Origin: a virus
Reading direction: 5' to 3' (one strand)
Virus record (IMG/VR): IMGVR_UViG_3300027811_000003
Location: 1 to 64,000 of that record
DNA length: 64,000 nucleotides
Of this stretch, positions 40,641 to 49,531 are shown in pieces. Both the position numbers and the translations under genes were made by a program. Positions within the stretch are counted from its first letter, which is position 1. Each line of letters opens with the position of its first letter. The notes beneath the pieces were generated by a model, which saw only the letters and a list, made by a program, of their open reading frames with translations, searched no databases and had not been told where the DNA came from.

Positions 40641-41927
40641 TCGAGATCCACGTTCTTATCGGCTTCACGACGAGCCTTCTCTGCTTCGACGATGCTCTTG
40701 ATCTTCTCTGCTCTCTCGTGCATGTCTAGCTTCTTGGAAAACTGGCTGAACGACGGCTTCTTTCCAAGAAGCTTGCCATTCACTAGCTGCCCAGTCCTCT
40801 TCGCCAAGTTCCACTCTTCAGTGAACGTCTCGAAATGCTTTCGACGTTGCTGTCTTCTCATCTTTCTCTCGATCGAACTCATTGCTTTCCTTTCTCTTTT
40901 TCCTGCATGTCATACAGTTCTTTCGCTATGTCGTCCCTCTCCCTGTGAGACAGCATGTACTTGTCACGCATCTCTCGCGGGATGACGTTCAAATCTTTCC
41001 AATCCTTGATGATCTTCAATGCACTCGGGTCAGCTCTCAAGAACGCTTCCATACACGCTGTGAAAAATTCCTGGAAATTCATTCCAACGTCGTCTAGCAA
41101 CTTCCTGAACACGACTCTGTCGTTGATGTGAAGCCGGACAGACATCTGACTCCAGAGACCGTGTTGCTCAGAAAGATCCTTCAACTTTTTAATGCCTTTA
41201 CGCATCATACAGTATCAGTTCCGCAAGTCATAAGCGACCTCCTGTTTGCAGCTAGATCGATTTCTAGCGGCATTCTTTTTGTGTCATGACATCAATTGTA
41301 GTTGTAACCCACGAAATTGTTTCCAGTGCTGTCGCAGTTAGTCGCGACGGGAGTGCCATACGACACGATCAACGAACCTGACGAAGGATACGTGTACGTC
41401 GAAGTAAACGTGTACGGATAAACGACGTAGCTCAAATCAGCACCGCAAGTGCACATCGGAGGTGTGATGTACAACCACGAACCTCGGGCAGCGAGAGCGA
41501 TTTGACACTGTTCAGAGTGAGGGTAATCACGATACTCATGCGGGCTTCGCCAATCGAAACGGCGCAGCTCGTCAGTCAAAAGTCCTGGAGTCTTCTTTTC
41601 CTGCACGATTGATTCCTTGAGCTTTTTCTCGTATGAAGCGAGTTCCTCGGCAGTTCCTTCGATCTCTTCTTTCGTTCCATCTGGTTTCGTTATAACTTTC
41701 TTCATTCTGTTCTCCTCACTTCTTTTTGAATTTGCACCCTGTCGTATGACCGTTAGACATCAGATCGCGTATGTCACACGTGCAACTGTTGTCTTCAATC
41801 TCAAAGACGACCAAATGCTCGTCGCACAAATCGACGTCGACATTGTACATCGTCTGAGACATGCTTTTCTTCTTGCCGCAGTTGACGCACTCGTAACCGT
41901 CAGAGACAGTTTTCCATTTGTGATACG

Positions 41928-42380
41928 TCATGCACAGTCTCCGTTGAAATCGTTTACGCTTCCAACATATCTATGGATGTCGATCCCGACTTTTTTCAAC
42001 AGTTCAAAACCTTCTGTCTTTCTGTAGTCGTTGAAATACACGACCTGCGAGATGTCTGCTTGTATGATCCGTTTAGCGCACACGAAACAAGGACAAGTCG
42101 TCGTGTAAAGCTTCTTCACTGACGGATCGTTGTAGTTAAGCTTGATGACAGCGTTCTCTTCAGCGTGAAGACAACAGCATTGTCCAGGGTTTATTTCTCC
42201 GTTGGGAGTTTCGCAGATGTTCTTTCCTCCCTTGTAATTTCCGTTGTATCCCATCGACAACACTCTGCAGTTGTCGTCAGACACGATCACGCAGCCTACG
42301 CTAGCCCTTTGACAAGTGCTTCGTTTCGAGAGATGGACGGCGAACGTCATCCAAATCTCGTCCCACTCAGGTCTATCCAT
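41928..42380 (-). CDS. dCMP deaminase
   Basis: RSTC, GYNG, HAEENA, PCFVC. Confidence 0.92.
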   Translation of the reverse strand: MDRPEWDEIWMTFAVHLSKRSTCQRASVGCVIVSDDNCRVLSMGYNGNYKGGKNICETPNGEINPGQCCCLHAEENAVIKLNYNDPSVKKLYTTTCPCFVCAKRIIQADISQVVYFNDYRKTEGFELLKKVGIDIHRYVGSVNDFNGDCA

Positions 42381-42382
42381 CG

Positions 42383-42706
42383 TCAGGCGATCTCGACATT
42401 CGTGTTGTCGATCACGAAGCAAGTGGCGACGAGCTCACCGCGACTCAACGACATGTTAGATCCTCCAGTGACGATAAGAGTGTGCAACTCGGCTCCCGCT
42501 GGAATGACTTCACAAGTTGACCCGTAAAAGCTTTGAACTATGACGGGAAGATTGCAAAACACGCCAAGCTTGATCGACTTCGTTCCTCTAGTGTTGATGT
42601 CGATTGGAGAGAACAGCTCGAACGGTCCGCCTTGTCTGTTTGACTTCTTGGGATTAACTCCGTCAGTATTCCTAAACGTCACCTTCGTCATCTTGAAAAC
42701 AGGCAT
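42383..42706 (-). CDS. Degenerate trimeric dUTPase-like protein
   Basis: P.K.....FEL.SP...IKLG...L.RGE.VA beta pattern without catalytic motifs; next to dCMP deaminase. Confidence 0.4.
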   Translation of the reverse strand: MPVFKMTKVTFRNTDGVNPKKSNRQGGPFELFSPIDINTRGTKSIKLGVFCNLPVIVQSFYGSTCEVIPAGAELHTLIVTGGSNMSLSRGELVATCFVIDNTNVEIA

Positions 42707-42731
42707 CTTGATTTCCTCTTTCTTTGTTTCG

Positions 42732-43856
42732 TTATTTCGCTGCTTTTTCGAGCTCGTCGACAAAAAACTTGACATCCATGAAACCAAGTTTTTCCACATT
42801 CTTTTCCCTCAGCTTCTCTTTCTCTGCTCTAGATAACTTCGACATTCTCTCAACGACGTCTATCATATCTAGACCGTCCTTAGCCACAAATTCGTCAAGA
42901 ACGTATTGACTTATTCCGTTTGCGCTCGCGAGTCCGATCGGAAGAGTGCCAAACAAAATCGCTTCCCAAGGTCTAGGAGTTATGAACCCAGATTCAAGAT
43001 ACGATCTCTTCGCGAGCAATGGAACTCCGACTGCTGTCCCGTAAGCGTCTCTGAAGCCGCTCGTCGTGATCCTGTCACAATATTTAACGTTCGGCCAACG
43101 AGCCCTGCAATCGTCGACAGTTTTCAGCCAATTACCGTAGAACTCGACCTGATAAGGAAACGCGTCTGACACAGGCTTTATCCATTCGTCAATCACGTCG
43201 TCTCTCTCGTACCTACTGCCAACATACACCAGCTTTCTGTTTGGGTCTGGAAACATCGGCGACCACTGCAGAAGGTCTGAAACAACAGTTGGTGGTTCTA
43301 TCCTAACTCTGTCTTTGTGTAAACGCCGAGGCCTCGAGGAGGTTTCGAACACAACGTCAGGTTGCCACATGATTTCATCTTGCTCTGTCAGCTTGTGGTC
43401 GAGGTCCCAAACAATGATCTTCGTTTTCGTTTGCTTGTAGTGGTTCAGCAATTCGACTTGTCTGTGCAAGTCAGGTTGATGTTTGAACGAATCGAAGTCA
43501 AGATCTCCGTTTTCTTTCACGTCACAATTTCTGCCGTTGATCGGGAACCGCCACTCGATCAAAAGCACGTCAAGCTCTGGCAACATCTGCGACGAGCCCT
43601 GAGTGTGCATGATGTTTTCGTACGCAGACAAGCGTTTCTGCTGAGAGAACGCCGAAAACGCACGCTCGTGGAATGACTTGTAAGCTGGATAATCTCTGTC
43701 CTTCTGCATCGCGAAGACCTGGTGTCCACGACGCTGAGCTTCCCAGATTATCGACCACCCGTATGTCGCGTTCCCGTCTGGAGACGACACTTCGTTGTGG
43801 TTATCGTCGAGTTTAACGTCAGCGAGAAATCCCCAAAACGAATAGCCAATCCTCAT
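42732..43856 (-). CDS. GT-B glycosyltransferase resembling T4 DNA beta-glucosyltransferase
   Basis: LVYVGSRY, EFYGNW, FITPRPWE (T4 BGT recalled as FITLRVWE). Confidence 0.7.
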   Translation of the reverse strand: MRIGYSFWGFLADVKLDDNHNEVSSPDGNATYGWSIIWEAQRRGHQVFAMQKDRDYPAYKSFHERAFSAFSQQKRLSAYENIMHTQGSSQMLPELDVLLIEWRFPINGRNCDVKENGDLDFDSFKHQPDLHRQVELLNHYKQTKTKIIVWDLDHKLTEQDEIMWQPDVVFETSSRPRRLHKDRVRIEPPTVVSDLLQWSPMFPDPNRKLVYVGSRYERDDVIDEWIKPVSDAFPYQVEFYGNWLKTVDDCRARWPNVKYCDRITTSGFRDAYGTAVGVPLLAKRSYLESGFITPRPWEAILFGTLPIGLASANGISQYVLDEFVAKDGLDMIDVVERMSKLSRAEKEKLREKNVEKLGFMDVKFFVDELEKAAK

Positions 43857-44004
43857 TTACGTGTCCATTTTGGAAATTTCGCAGGACGTTCGTTGCCAGC
43901 GCTACCCCAATACATGACACCTATTTCAGTTTCTCCTGGTTCGCCGACGACGACGTAAATCCTGAAGCCAGTGTAACAGAGCCATTTATTTATCGACCAA
44001 AGTT

Positions 44005-44592
44005 TCATTTTGTTCCTCTGTTGAATCCGCACTTGTATCTGATTGAAAAATCGAATCCAAATTCTTCAACGTCTCTCAATCCCTTCTTGATCTCTGGAAT
44101 CTCTAAGTCTAAGTCGTTTAAGAAATCGTCAGTATAGAATCGGATCGTCTTGCAGGCAGTCCAATTACAGAAATCGTGGTACGTCGTGTGGATTTCTTGC
44201 ATCTTTTCGAGTGGAACGACTTCGTCTTTGACAGAAGCGTAGCTATTTCGCATCGGGATGATGATCACCGTGCCCAAGTCGGCGAATGCTTCGTCGACGT
44301 CGCATAGCACAACTTCGTCAGTCTTCCTCTTGAAGACCTTGGAATAACAAAACTCAGATGGAAACCCACGGTCGAGGACCACGCTATATCCCGTTTGTTT
44401 CAAGAACGCGACTGAATAAGTCTGGTCGTAGCGTAGGGCGTTCACAAACGCACCAGGGACTTTCCAATTCTGGTGTTGTGTGTCCATCCTGAAGTACGGG
44501 ATCCTGTATCGACGCGACAGCTCTTTGGCGATCTGAGTCTTTCCGCACCCGTCGGGCCCTTCAAGCATGAATATTCTTTGTTTTCGTTTCAT
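44005..44592 (-). CDS. dNMP (thymidylate-type) kinase
   Basis: LEGPDGCGKT, VVLDRGFPSE; start moved to ATG 44592. Confidence 0.8.
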   Translation of the reverse strand: MKRKQRIFMLEGPDGCGKTQIAKELSRRYRIPYFRMDTQHQNWKVPGAFVNALRYDQTYSVAFLKQTGYSVVLDRGFPSEFCYSKVFKRKTDEVVLCDVDEAFADLGTVIIIPMRNSYASVKDEVVPLEKMQEIHTTYHDFCNWTACKTIRFYTDDFLNDLDLEIPEIKKGLRDVEEFGFDFSIRYKCGFNRGTK

Positions 44593-44593
44593 G

Positions 44594-45652
44594 TCACTCC
44601 TTGAACAATCCGGCCCAAACAGACATCGCAGAACCCAGCGTATGAAAATAATCGTCGTACTCGCTGAACTTAGGGTAATCAACAACGAAATCAGCGATGT
44701 GAAGCGCCAGCTGCTCGTAACACGACACGGGATCATTTCCAACGAGAACGAGCTTGTCGACGTGCTCCCACATAAATTCATTTACCTCTAGACCGTTAGC
44801 TTCCTTCTTGAGATTCGTAAACGGGTTTGACGCACGTTCGTGATGGATGTACGGAAGACCTGAGGTCACGATGAGGCCCAAGTGATCGACGATCTTCTTC
44901 ATGAAGATTCCCGACCATATGTCGCCGAACCTGTCGAACGGCAGCACTTCAAGATATTTCGTAGTCATGTTGTTGCCCAACGACTTGCCCATCATCAAGT
45001 GGTACGTCAAAACTGCGATCTCTCTAGAAAACGCCACGTTCATTCCGCACATCGGGAAATAAAATCCAGCTGGAATGACTTGAGTAGTAAACGAGAACTT
45101 CTCCTTAGCTGGATTGACAAGCTGAGTCGGGGCATCGTAGTCGAGAACGTTTGTCCACAGCCCGTGGTTAAGCACTGCTCGTCTTGCTCCGACATTGAAA
45201 TACGGAATCCCACGAGGTTTTACGTTACTGAGTGTGCTGTGCCACTTAGTCAATCCACCCTTCATGAACTTGAGATGCTCGTTCACGAAAGCCCTTCCAT
45301 CGTAAGTGATGCCTTCAGCTTCTGACGTGGGATAACAATCGTCGTCCAACGTGATCACGTACTTGTATCCCTGCTTCCAGGCTTCGTAATATCCGAACGA
45401 CCTCACTGTGTCTGAACGACGAGGAATGATCCAACTTGAGTCTCCCAGTTGAGCGTCTATCTCTTCCCACGAGAAATGACCCAGCTTACACGTCGCTCCT
45501 TGCAAGTTGAACGTTTTGCTATCGTTGTCCTCGACGACGAGCAAGTCGACGACGTCGAACAACTTGATCTTGTTCCAGCGTTCGATAAAATCATACAAGC
45601 ACTTCTCTCTGATCGACGGCACGACAAGACACACTTCATTGTTAGAACTCAT
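44594..45652 (-). CDS. Reversibly glycosylated polypeptide / UDP-arabinopyranose mutase (GT75) homologue
   Basis: LDDDCYP, RG.PY, HGLW...DYDAPTQL, FPMCGMNVAF, GLPYIHH..ASNPF.NLKKE all match plant RGP/UAM motifs. Confidence 0.85.
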   Translation of the reverse strand: MSSNNEVCLVVPSIREKCLYDFIERWNKIKLFDVVDLLVVEDNDSKTFNLQGATCKLGHFSWEEIDAQLGDSSWIIPRRSDTVRSFGYYEAWKQGYKYVITLDDDCYPTSEAEGITYDGRAFVNEHLKFMKGGLTKWHSTLSNVKPRGIPYFNVGARRAVLNHGLWTNVLDYDAPTQLVNPAKEKFSFTTQVIPAGFYFPMCGMNVAFSREIAVLTYHLMMGKSLGNNMTTKYLEVLPFDRFGDIWSGIFMKKIVDHLGLIVTSGLPYIHHERASNPFTNLKKEANGLEVNEFMWEHVDKLVLVGNDPVSCYEQLALHIADFVVDYPKFSEYDDYFHTLGSAMSVWAGLFKE

Positions 45653-45856
45653 TTATTCTCTTTCCTCCAACGATTTTTAGAACATGCTTCATCGCTTCAC
45701 GAAGTTCAAACGGACCGTCACGTCCCTCGTCGCGGTTAACAAACCACACGCCGTCCACGAAACTAATGTCAGCCACCTTGCTCTGTAAGGCTGAACCAGT
45801 GACAGAGTTGTCGTGACACGACATGTTGCCGTATCCGTCTTCGATCCAGTTAACTA

Positions 45857-46576
45857 TCATGACTTCTTCTCCCACAGTGCAGGGTGTCCGTTGTACGGTG
45901 ACTTGAGTCCTCGAAGCTTCCAATACCTCTCGAAACCGTTAGCACGCAGTATCGCGTTGAACGGACGCTTGGCGTTGTCACGTGGAACGTCTCTTCCCTC
46001 GAGAGTGTACACGTCGAAGTGACCTGGACTGACGATTCCAAAAGTGCTAGCGTCGAGATATTGCTTCGGCTTGACGACGTCGAGCAACTCTTGAATTCCC
46101 TTGAATGGATCCTTGATGTGCTCGAACGTCTCCTGAGCGAGCAACAGATCGCAGTCACGCTCGATCTTGTCGACGACCTTGACGTTCGACAAGTTCAGAC
46201 GTCTAGCCAGCTCTGACGCCGCGTCACGTTGCTTCGGAGCGATGTTGTGTGTGACGCATTCAGCGTCAGGAAACACCGTGGCAAGCAAACACGCAGACAT
46301 ACCGATCCCGCCGCAGTAGTCGAACACTCGCTTCGGTTTCAGCAACAAGTCGTGCTTGACGCAGTACTCGACGTCAGACCAGCTGCGAACTGTCCACGAG
46401 TTCAACGCGAGGTACATGTAGTCTGGATGATCGTAGAAGCTAAAGTCTGTCTGACCAGAGCCGTCCCACACTTTCTGAAACTCTTGTTCCTTGGCGACGA
46501 TCTCTTCCTTCGTCGGCACCTTTCCCAACACGATGTCAGAAGCGATCGCGTAAATGTTCTTACAACGTTTGTTCAT
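45857..46576 (-). CDS. Class I SAM-dependent methyltransferase
   Basis: VFDYCGGIG; ETFEHIKDP. Confidence 0.75.
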   Translation of the reverse strand: MNKRCKNIYAIASDIVLGKVPTKEEIVAKEQEFQKVWDGSGQTDFSFYDHPDYMYLALNSWTVRSWSDVEYCVKHDLLLKPKRVFDYCGGIGMSACLLATVFPDAECVTHNIAPKQRDAASELARRLNLSNVKVVDKIERDCDLLLAQETFEHIKDPFKGIQELLDVVKPKQYLDASTFGIVSPGHFDVYTLEGRDVPRDNAKRPFNAILRANGFERYWKLRGLKSPYNGHPALWEKKS

Positions 46577-46803
46577 ATCAAACTCCTCGTGAGTTTTGAA
46601 AAAATCAAAAATCTAGCCCACGCTAGATACGCAGCTGAACTGCCAGGTAAGATAAAAAAGTGACTGTATGCTTCTGCGCGAGCACGTTTGTCGTAACGAT
46701 TTACACCGTCATGATAACAACAGTTTATCACAGCAGCCTCATTACGACGAGTTCCTGAACGAAGTGTACAAGCTTTGAGAGTTGCAAATAATACGACATT
46801 CAT
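46573..46803 (-). CDS. Divergent MILF-family microprotein (MNVVLFATLK...YDKRARAEA...AWAR)
   Basis: Paralogue of 47025..47213. Confidence 0.55.
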   Translation of the reverse strand: MNVVLFATLKACTLRSGTRRNEAAVINCCYHDGVNRYDKRARAEAYSHFFILPGSSAAYLAWARFLIFSKLTRSLI

Positions 46804-46812
46804 TTCGTCGTT

Positions 46813-47028
46813 CTAAACATTCGCTTGTCTACGACCATCATACCACGCACCAACAGAAAAAGGTATTGAACGATTGCCAATTCTTCCTGCGTGGCAATAA
46901 GCGTGAGCCCACGGGATCCTATTAAACATCTGAATACTGCTTGCTCTTGAATGCACGTCCATCTCGTTGACGCGTGAAGCGTTTGGATACGCGATCGGTC
47001 TGCGCAAAATGTGAACGAACAGTGTCAT
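46813..47028 (-). CDS. Divergent MILF-family microprotein (MTLFVHIL...PWAHAY...)
   Basis: ATGA overlap with 47025..47213. Confidence 0.55.
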   Translation of the reverse strand: MTLFVHILRRPIAYPNASRVNEMDVHSRASSIQMFNRIPWAHAYCHAGRIGNRSIPFSVGAWYDGRRQANV

Positions 47029-47213
47029 TGTCTCACCAATACAAAATATCGTGCTGATGTAGCTGGCAACGTGTATGTGCTTTCTGCTTGTGCACGTGCT
47101 TTCTTATCGTAACAAACGACAACGTCACGATAAGAAACAACGAAGTTTTCGTGATAAACGTGACGCGTTATTGCACGAAGTGTGCAAGTTTTAAGAATTA
47201 CAAACAATATCAT
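47025..47213 (-). CDS. MILF-family microprotein (MILFVILK...YDKKARAQA...)
   Basis: ATG overlaps TGA of dnaE-C. Confidence 0.6.
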   Translation of the reverse strand: MILFVILKTCTLRAITRHVYHENFVVSYRDVVVCYDKKARAQAESTYTLPATSARYFVLVRQ

Positions 47214-48295
47214 GTTTCAACTGAGTCCAAGTCTATCATGTATCCTTGAGCTGAATTCATCGAGTGCGCGAACCCTGGCTTTCCAACTACAAACCCGCCG
47301 TCTTCATCTCCAAGCTTTCTGTTGAACGTAGCTAAGTAGACGCTCGACACCTTGGTTATCGGCTTGATCCACTTCCATATCGTCGAAAAGCACGGCGCGT
47401 CGAACGGGACGTTGTTCTTGTCTTCAAACGTCAAGAACGCCATCATCTGACCGTTTCGCTGCGGCTTCTCGAAGATCCTCTTGACGACGACTGGAATGAC
47501 ACCGACCTCCCAATCGCTCTCGACGAAGTGGTCGTGTCCCTCGAATATGTTGTCAGCTCCAACGACTGCGTCGATCTTCTTGTCGCGATCCAAGATCTCG
47601 AACGGAGAGCCGCGGAGAGAGAAACCGAACAGCTCGTTTTCAAACGCGACCTTTTCATGGAGTTGATAGTCAGGAATTCCCAACGGTGTGTTGAAGTATC
47701 TTACATAATCTTCCCAACAATGTGAACCTTCTTTTTTCCCTCTCGTCTTCTTTTTGTATTCCTTGTTGTCGTCAAGAAACGTGAACTTCACTTCAAGCTC
47801 TTTCATGTTTGAGTGCAGACAATCGAACGCTCCAGCCTTGATCAGCGGAGAGATCGCAGTCTTGCTTACGCCAGAACGAATGACGAAGTCTATGAAGTCC
47901 GTGTACGGTTGATTAGAAACGATCTTCTCGATCGCAGCGGGACCGACGCCGATCACAGAGCTGAGAGCTAACCTGATGATGTCTCCTTCTATGACATGGT
48001 TTGCCTTACTCGAGTTGACATCGACGGGAAGCAACTTGATGCCTGCGCGCTTGATGTCACCTACGTATTGTTGTAACTCTCCCGACTGACCTTTGGTTAG
48101 CACTGCGGCATACCACTCCATCGGATAGTACGTGGCTAGGTAAGCACACTGCATCGTCATGACTGAATACGCGTCTGAGTGCGAGTTAGAAGTCAAGAGA
48201 CCGTTAGACAGGAAGAATTGGTGATCAGGGTGAGCGAGCTCGACGTCGAATGTCTGATGCTTGCCGATGTTCTTAGCGTAGATTATTTTTGGCAT
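47210..48295 (-). CDS. dnaE: DNA polymerase III alpha C-terminal fragment preceded by 37-aa split-intein C half
   Basis: MPKII...FDVEL..PDHQFFLSNGLLTSN|SHSDAY...YYP.EW; PVDVNSS; KAGAFD. Confidence 0.9.
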   Translation of the reverse strand: MPKIIYAKNIGKHQTFDVELAHPDHQFFLSNGLLTSNSHSDAYSVMTMQCAYLATYYPMEWYAAVLTKGQSGELQQYVGDIKRAGIKLLPVDVNSSKANHVIEGDIIRLALSSVIGVGPAAIEKIVSNQPYTDFIDFVIRSGVSKTAISPLIKAGAFDCLHSNMKELEVKFTFLDDNKEYKKKTRGKKEGSHCWEDYVRYFNTPLGIPDYQLHEKVAFENELFGFSLRGSPFEILDRDKKIDAVVGADNIFEGHDHFVESDWEVGVIPVVVKRIFEKPQRNGQMMAFLTFEDKNNVPFDAPCFSTIWKWIKPITKVSSVYLATFNRKLGDEDGGFVVGKPGFAHSMNSAQGYMIDLDSVET

Positions 48296-48306
48296 GAAAA
48301 AGAACC

Positions 48307-48558
48307 TTAATCTGACAAGCAACATTTTTTCATCAAACGAAGTAAATCAATAATGCCAATATATTCGTCTTGATTTCCACGAACTGTATTTTTAATCTTT
48401 TTAATATTTTCCTTTGACGAAATATCTAAATCTTCAAAAAATTCGTATTCACGAATTTTGTTTGCCAGTCTTTCAAATGCGCGATTTGGATCTGCACCTT
48501 TTTCAATTTTTTCGATTGTCTCATCTATAAAAATTGCTAAAGCATCAATACTTGTCAT
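48307..48558 (-). CDS. Small AT-rich hypothetical protein between the dnaE halves
   Basis: 83-aa ORF overlapping the endonuclease stop. Confidence 0.55.
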   Translation of the reverse strand: MTSIDALAIFIDETIEKIEKGADPNRAFERLANKIREYEFFEDLDISSKENIKKIKNTVRGNQDEYIGIIDLLRLMKKCCLSD

Positions 48559-49531
48559 ATGCTTCTCCTACCTTGTAGATTCCAGGAATTTGATTTTCTA
48601 CTAAAGACTTTATTTGTTCTAAGACTCTTTGAGAGAATGAACCACCTTGACGATGATAGTAATCTTCGTAAGACACACGAACGATTGCGTATCCAGAAGC
48701 AGACAACACTTCGTTTAGTTCGTTGTCATGTACTTTAGTCTTTCCCAAATCTTGTCCTGCTCTAAATTTTCTGAAATGACACGGTCCATCGAATTCGACT
48801 ATAATCTTCTTTGTCAGTTGCAAGACGTCTATCTGTCTTCTTCTTGTCTTGTTGCTGAACAATTCGTTCTTGATTTGCTGATTGTGCTTAAATCCAGAAT
48901 CAATCTTCTTGCATTCTCTAAACAAAATCAATTGCGGCTTGCTAACAAACGTGTTATGCATCGCGACTATACACTTTTGATAAAAATCTTCAGGTTTTTC
49001 ATCTCTCCAATTCTGTAAAGCTGTAGACCTGGCTTCTTGAATGTCTTGACGTGCTGACGTTTTTATCGCAGTTTCAGATTCTTTCTTTCTACCATCTTTT
49101 GATTTGGCCCAAGCCGTGATAGTCATCTTGGACAATTCCTTTCTACGCTCTATCTCTTTTGGATTTGATAAGATGGCAGCACTGACAGATTTTCCTATGT
49201 TACTTTTCCAAGTCTCAAGCTTCCCACGTTCTATCATCCTTGGATACGCGAGTGCTCCGCTCTTTGCGTTTATGCCAGCACGCCACCTCGCATAAATTTC
49301 GCATGTCTTTCGATGAATTTTTAGATCTGGATTCGTGCCAGCGAACCCAAAGAATTCAGAGCCGCATCTGCAAACGTGTTGATTTATACAACTTTCGTAA
49401 TGCGTTCGCTCATTTCTGATAGAACATCCACACCATCTGCAAGAGACGCTACTTCTAGATCTCTTGCCATTATCTCTGAGATCGGAAGCATTTCTCCCGT
49501 CGTCGTTCTGAATTTGTGGTTCGGTGTGCAT
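48545..49531 (-). mobile_element. Free-standing Vsr/DUF559-like homing endonuclease between split-intein halves
   Basis: SKPQ...QIDVL...IIVEFDGPCHF...HD...GYAIVRV; start uncertain. Confidence 0.75.

Noticed and set aside
44594-45652. Plant contamination suggested by the RGP homologue
   Set aside because: Intronless, abuts phage genes on both sides and has the same codon style.
48296-49383. Group I intron interrupting dnaE
   Set aside because: Both flanks carry intein motifs and the C half has its own start; no intron core was recognised.
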